This document shows, piece after piece, positions 14,898 through 17,616 of a stretch of DNA of 17,616 nucleotides. The stretch lies in IMG/VR virus record IMGVR_UViG_2713896768_000001, positions 1 to 17,616 of that record; one strand, written 5' to 3'. This stretch comes from a virus. Lineage: Duplodnaviria; Heunggongvirae; Uroviricota; Caudoviricetes. The notes below the pieces were generated by a model, which ran no database searches, had not been told where the DNA came from, and saw only the letters and a list, made by a program, of their open reading frames with translations. Positions within the stretch are counted from its first letter, which is position 1, and each line of letters begins with the position of its first letter. The position numbers were made by a program, and so were the translations under genes.

Positions 14898-15574
14898 GCA
14901 AATACACCGAACTGATCACTAACTACCACGCTACCAAGCCACTCTTTTTTGACCATATAGATCTGAGCACCCGCCCGCTGATTGATGTGTCCAGCACTAT
15001 GTCAGGGCTTATAACAGCCTTCGATATCGATACTGCTGTCGGTGTACAGCTCGACATCCTCGGTCTGTGGATCGGACGCAGTCGCATAGTCAGCCAGCCA
15101 ATTAGCGGAGTTTATTTCAGCTGGGACACTGACGGGCTTGGGTATGACCAGGGCATCTGGCAAGGGCCATATGATCCTGATTCTGGCTATACGACGCTAA
15201 GCGATGAGACGTACCGCATCATTCTGAAAGCGAAAATCGCTATCAACAACTGGGACGGTCGGAACGACTCTCTGCCTCCCATCCTTGACGCTGCTACCGC
15301 AGGCTCAGGCCTGAGGATGCAGATCGTCGACAACCAGGACATGACGATTTCGGTCTGGGTTTCCCCTGAAACTGATATTTCTGATGTGTCTCTCGAACTG
15401 ATCGCCGCTATCAAACAGGGCTATCTCACCGTTAAATCAGCTGGCGTATGGGCCGGTGATGTTGAAACGCCTTCGGTAGAAACACCGTCAGAAGGCTCTA
15501 AATTCTTTGGGTTTGATATGGATAACGAATACATCGGCGGGTTCGATGTTGGAGCATGGGGGACAATACTCTAA
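14894..15574 (+). CDS. Baseplate/tail protein (P2 gpI / Mu gp48-like, DUF2612-type)
   Basis: 226-aa ORF with ATGA overlap to the J-like gene; positioned immediately upstream of the tail fibre gene. Confidence 0.5.
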   Translation: MSKYTELITNYHATKPLFFDHIDLSTRPLIDVSSTMSGLITAFDIDTAVGVQLDILGLWIGRSRIVSQPISGVYFSWDTDGLGYDQGIWQGPYDPDSGYTTLSDETYRIILKAKIAINNWDGRNDSLPPILDAATAGSGLRMQIVDNQDMTISVWVSPETDISDVSLELIAAIKQGYLTVKSAGVWAGDVETPSVETPSEGSKFFGFDMDNEYIGGFDVGAWGTIL

Positions 15575-16515
15575 TGGCAATAAACAACTTTAAACCTTTC
15601 GCGCTTGATCCGAACGCTAACGTCACCTCACAAGCTGACTGGGAAGCACTTCCGGCTCTGCTTTCAGGGTTTACGGCAGGTAAAGCATCCAGCGCACAGG
15701 TCAACAAAGCCATTCGACAGGCCAGCTTTATTGCGGCAGCGCTTGCGCAGTACACAGCCAACAAAAGTGGGCTGGACGTGCTTGATGATGGTGACCTGAA
15801 CGGCTTTATCTCCAAAATGGGAACCGCTTTCGGGAAGGATTTCCAGGCACTTGATGCCACGCTGACGGCATTGGCAGGGCTCGCAACAGGTGAAAATAAA
15901 CTCCCGTATTTCACTGGAAATGATACAGCAGCGCAGACTGATTTAACTTCTGTCGGCCGCGACATTATTGGTAAAAGCACTATTGCTGACATTCTCACAT
16001 ACCTTGGTTTGGGAGAAGGCTCTGCATTACCTGTCGGTGTGCCTGTTCCGTGGCCTTCCGCCACTCCGCCGACAGGCTGGCTAAAATGCAATGGTGCGGC
16101 TTTTTCTGCTGAAGAATACCCGGAACTGGCAAAGGCTTACCCGACAAATAAATTGCCTGATTTACGCGGTGAATTTATTCGTGGCTGGGATGATGGGCGT
16201 AGTGCGGATGCGGGGAGAACAATATTATCCGCTCAGGGCGATGCCATACGTAATATCTATGGTGAGTTCAAGACTGTAAACACCGAAAATTATTCAATAT
16301 GGGAAGTAGCAAGCTCGTTTAAGGGAGCAGTGGTGCCTTTGAGTCCCTCTACAAACAATAGTTATTTCTCCTTAACCAGAAGTATGGTGACAGAAAGGTC
16401 CGAGGGCGGTGTTTACCCAAAAGTGATTGGCCTTGATGCTTCAAGAATTGTTCCAACTGCAAACGAAAATCGACCCCGTAACATTGCCTTTAATTATATC
16501 GTGAGGGCTGCCTGA
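15574..16515 (+). CDS. Tail fibre protein with C-terminal phage tail-collar domain; the C-terminal about 170 aa lie inside the invertible segment
   Basis: The ATG at 15574 overlaps the upstream stop (TAATG); the track start at 15556 is 6 codons upstream in the same frame. The collar-type motif …PVGVPVPWPSATPPTGWLKCNGAAFSAEEYPELAKAYPTNKLPDLRGEFIRGWDDGR… and the ending …RPRNIAFNYIVRAA are typical. A hix/gix-like site sits at codons around Tyr-Leu-Gly-Leu-Gly-Glu. Confidence 0.7.
   Translation: MAINNFKPFALDPNANVTSQADWEALPALLSGFTAGKASSAQVNKAIRQASFIAAALAQYTANKSGLDVLDDGDLNGFISKMGTAFGKDFQALDATLTALAGLATGENKLPYFTGNDTAAQTDLTSVGRDIIGKSTIADILTYLGLGEGSALPVGVPVPWPSATPPTGWLKCNGAAFSAEEYPELAKAYPTNKLPDLRGEFIRGWDDGRSADAGRTILSAQGDAIRNIYGEFKTVNTENYSIWEVASSFKGAVVPLSPSTNNSYFSLTRSMVTERSEGGVYPKVIGLDASRIVPTANENRPRNIAFNYIVRAA
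15992..16017. other. Left crossover site for a Gin/Hin/Pin-family DNA invertase: TTCTCACATACC-TT-GGTTTGGGAGAA
   Basis: Two 12-bp half-sites in inverted orientation (10/12 matching) around a 2-bp core, with 17/26 identity to the remembered gix site TTCCTGTAAACCGAGGTTTTGGATAA. An inverted copy appears at the window end, and a visible composition change begins near here. Confidence 0.6.
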
Positions 16516-17120
16516 TGGATAAAGCTATATTAAATAAGGAACTCATCGCCACAAAGGCGGGAGATATTACCGTTTATAATTATGATGGTGAAACACGAGA
16601 ATATATTTCCACATCAACCGAATATCTTGCTGTGGGTGTCGGTATCCCGGCATGTTCCTGTTTAGATGCTCCTGGCTCATATAAAGCTGGTTATGCAATT
16701 TGCCGTTCTGCAGATTTTAACTCATGGGAATATGTGCCAGACCATCGCGGTGAAATCGTCTATAGCACCGAAACAGGAGAATCAAAAGAAATCACAGCTC
16801 CGGGTGATTACCCTGAAAAGACAACCACTATCGCCCCGTTAACGCCATACGATAAATGGGATGGTGAGAAATGGGTGACGGATACCGAGGCACAGCATAG
16901 AGCAGCAGTAGACATGGCAGAAACACAGCGGCAGTCGCTGATTGATGCTGCAATGGTTTCCATTAGTCTGATTCAACTGAAATTGCAGGCCGGGCGGAAG
17001 CTGACGCAGGCAGAAAACACCCGACTTAACGCCGTGCTGGATTACACTGACGCGGTGATGGCAACAGATACCAGCACCGCGTCAGATGTCATCTGGCCAG
17101 TTCCTCCTGAGACGGTTTAA
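16515..17120 (+). CDS. tfa: Tail fibre assembly protein (Tfa)
   Basis: 201-aa ORF whose start overlaps the fibre stop (TGATG). The C-terminus …LNAVLDYTDAVMATDTSTASDVIWPVPPETV matches the conserved Tfa C-terminal pattern seen in lambda/P2/Mu-type assembly chaperones. Confidence 0.7.
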   Translation: MDKAILNKELIATKAGDITVYNYDGETREYISTSTEYLAVGVGIPACSCLDAPGSYKAGYAICRSADFNSWEYVPDHRGEIVYSTETGESKEITAPGDYPEKTTTIAPLTPYDKWDGEKWVTDTEAQHRAAVDMAETQRQSLIDAAMVSISLIQLKLQAGRKLTQAENTRLNAVLDYTDAVMATDTSTASDVIWPVPPETV

Positions 17121-17376
17121 TCTCAATCAGAATGGGTTCTCCCTTCTCGTTAACAGATATTTCCATTCCTTCAGGGATTTCAGATGCAGTAAAAAACCAG
17201 TTATCTTCTGGTAATTCAACAGCCCCGGTCACGTCATGAAGACCGGGGATTACTTCAGTCAAAGTAACAGGATTAAACAGGCGCACAATAAACCCTCCAG
17301 GAAAAAGCACTTGTTGATGGTGTTCCGTCGTACATCTGGCAGCGGACATAAAAACCGGTATTAGTGACCTGGTCAT
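17089..17376 (-). CDS. Minus-strand ORF downstream of the alternative fibre domain: possible short tfa' or frame-disrupted remnant
   Basis: 95-aa track ORF, but its first 34 codons overlap the Sv' reading frame and no convincing RBS/start follows the Sv' stop. Its 3' end overlaps the + strand tfa by 32 nt. It ends …EIKPSQEELAR. Coding status is uncertain. Confidence 0.25.
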   Translation of the reverse strand: MTRSLIPVFMSAARCTTEHHQQVLFPGGFIVRLFNPVTLTEVIPGLHDVTGAVELPEDNWFFTASEIPEGMEISVNEKGEPILIEIKPSQEELAR

Positions 17377-17616
17377 CCACGATCATTGAAACGTGAACGT
17401 TATTAGATGTGCCCCCATAATCCGTTCCTATTCTTTCCGCTATGCTGATAAAACGTGAAAGCTTAGGTAGCGCAATTGGATAAACGACTTTAGCCAGTCC
17501 ATTATCATTAGAACCCCCCGTTCCAAAGACTTCTATTGCACCATCTGACCAGCGTATCCACGCACCATTGGCATTAGCTCCTCGCTGAATGACATATCTG
17601 GCTTCTCCCAAACCAA
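17273..17616 (-). CDS. Alternative tail fibre C-terminal variable domain (Sv'-like), 5'-partial: open to the window edge, silent in this orientation
   Basis: The - strand frame is open from the window end to the stop at 17273-17275. The track start is a TTG, and the reading frame continues through the crossover site in the same frame as the fibre constant region. Confidence 0.5.
   Translation of the reverse strand, partial: GLGEARYVIQRGANANGAWIRWSDGAIEVFGTGGSNDNGLAKVVYPIALPKLSRFISIAERIGTDYGGTSNNVHVSMIVDDQVTNTGFYVRCQMYDGTPSTSAFSWRVYCAPV
17603..17616. other. Right crossover site for the invertase, truncated by the window end (TTCTCCCAAACC-AA…)
   Basis: The last 14 nt of the window are the exact reverse complement of 16004-16017 (TTGGTTTGGGAGAA), i.e. 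the first half-site plus core of an inverted copy of the left site. The rest would lie beyond the window. Confidence 0.55.

Larger units (their letters stand above)
16004..17616. mobile_element. Invertible tail-fibre host-range segment (Mu G-segment / e14 P-region type), 3' boundary at or just beyond the window end
   Basis: Flanked by inverted crossover sites. It contains the + strand fibre variable domain and tfa, and a convergent - strand alternative fibre C-terminus that joins the constant region in frame after inversion (…YLGLGE|ARYVIQRGANA…). Confidence 0.55.

Noticed and set aside
15498-16091. 197-aa minus-strand ORF spanning the I-like/fibre junction
   Set aside because: Antisense to two translationally coupled + strand genes; it spans the crossover site, but nothing supports coding.
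1-17616. CRISPR arrays, tRNA/rRNA genes, integrase or att sites
   Set aside because: No regularly spaced direct repeats, no cloverleaf-like tRNA candidates noticed in the few non-coding stretches, and no recombinase apart from the inferred off-window invertase.

Overview
This window reads as the late (virion structural) operon of a Mu-like contractile-tailed prophage from an enterobacterial host, almost entirely on the + strand with tightly packed, often stop/start-overlapping genes. Order: 5'-truncated scaffold/protease-like gene, head structural protein, major capsid protein, neck/connector genes, tail sheath, tail tube, tail assembly chaperone with a -1 frameshift extension, tape measure protein with a C-terminal lytic transglycosylase domain, then baseplate hub, spike, wedge, J-like and I-like genes, tail fibre and tail fibre assembly genes. 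Three things stand out. (1) An AT-richer accessory island (about 11292-12600) sits between the hub and spike genes, carrying a small signal-peptide protein, a Phd/YefM-like antitoxin with an unusually long C-terminal extension, a Doc/Fic-family toxin, a palindromic operator and an intrinsic terminator. (2) The tail fibre carries a Gin/Hin-type invertible host-range segment: a 26-bp hix/gix-like site inside the fibre gene (15992-16017), its inverted copy cut by the window end (17603-17616), and an alternative fibre C-terminus on the - strand. (3) A slippery A_AAT_TTT_TTG run in the chaperone gene opens a -1 frame that ends 11 nt into the tape measure gene. All calls rest on reading the sequence and remembered family motifs; no database search was run, so family names are provisional.
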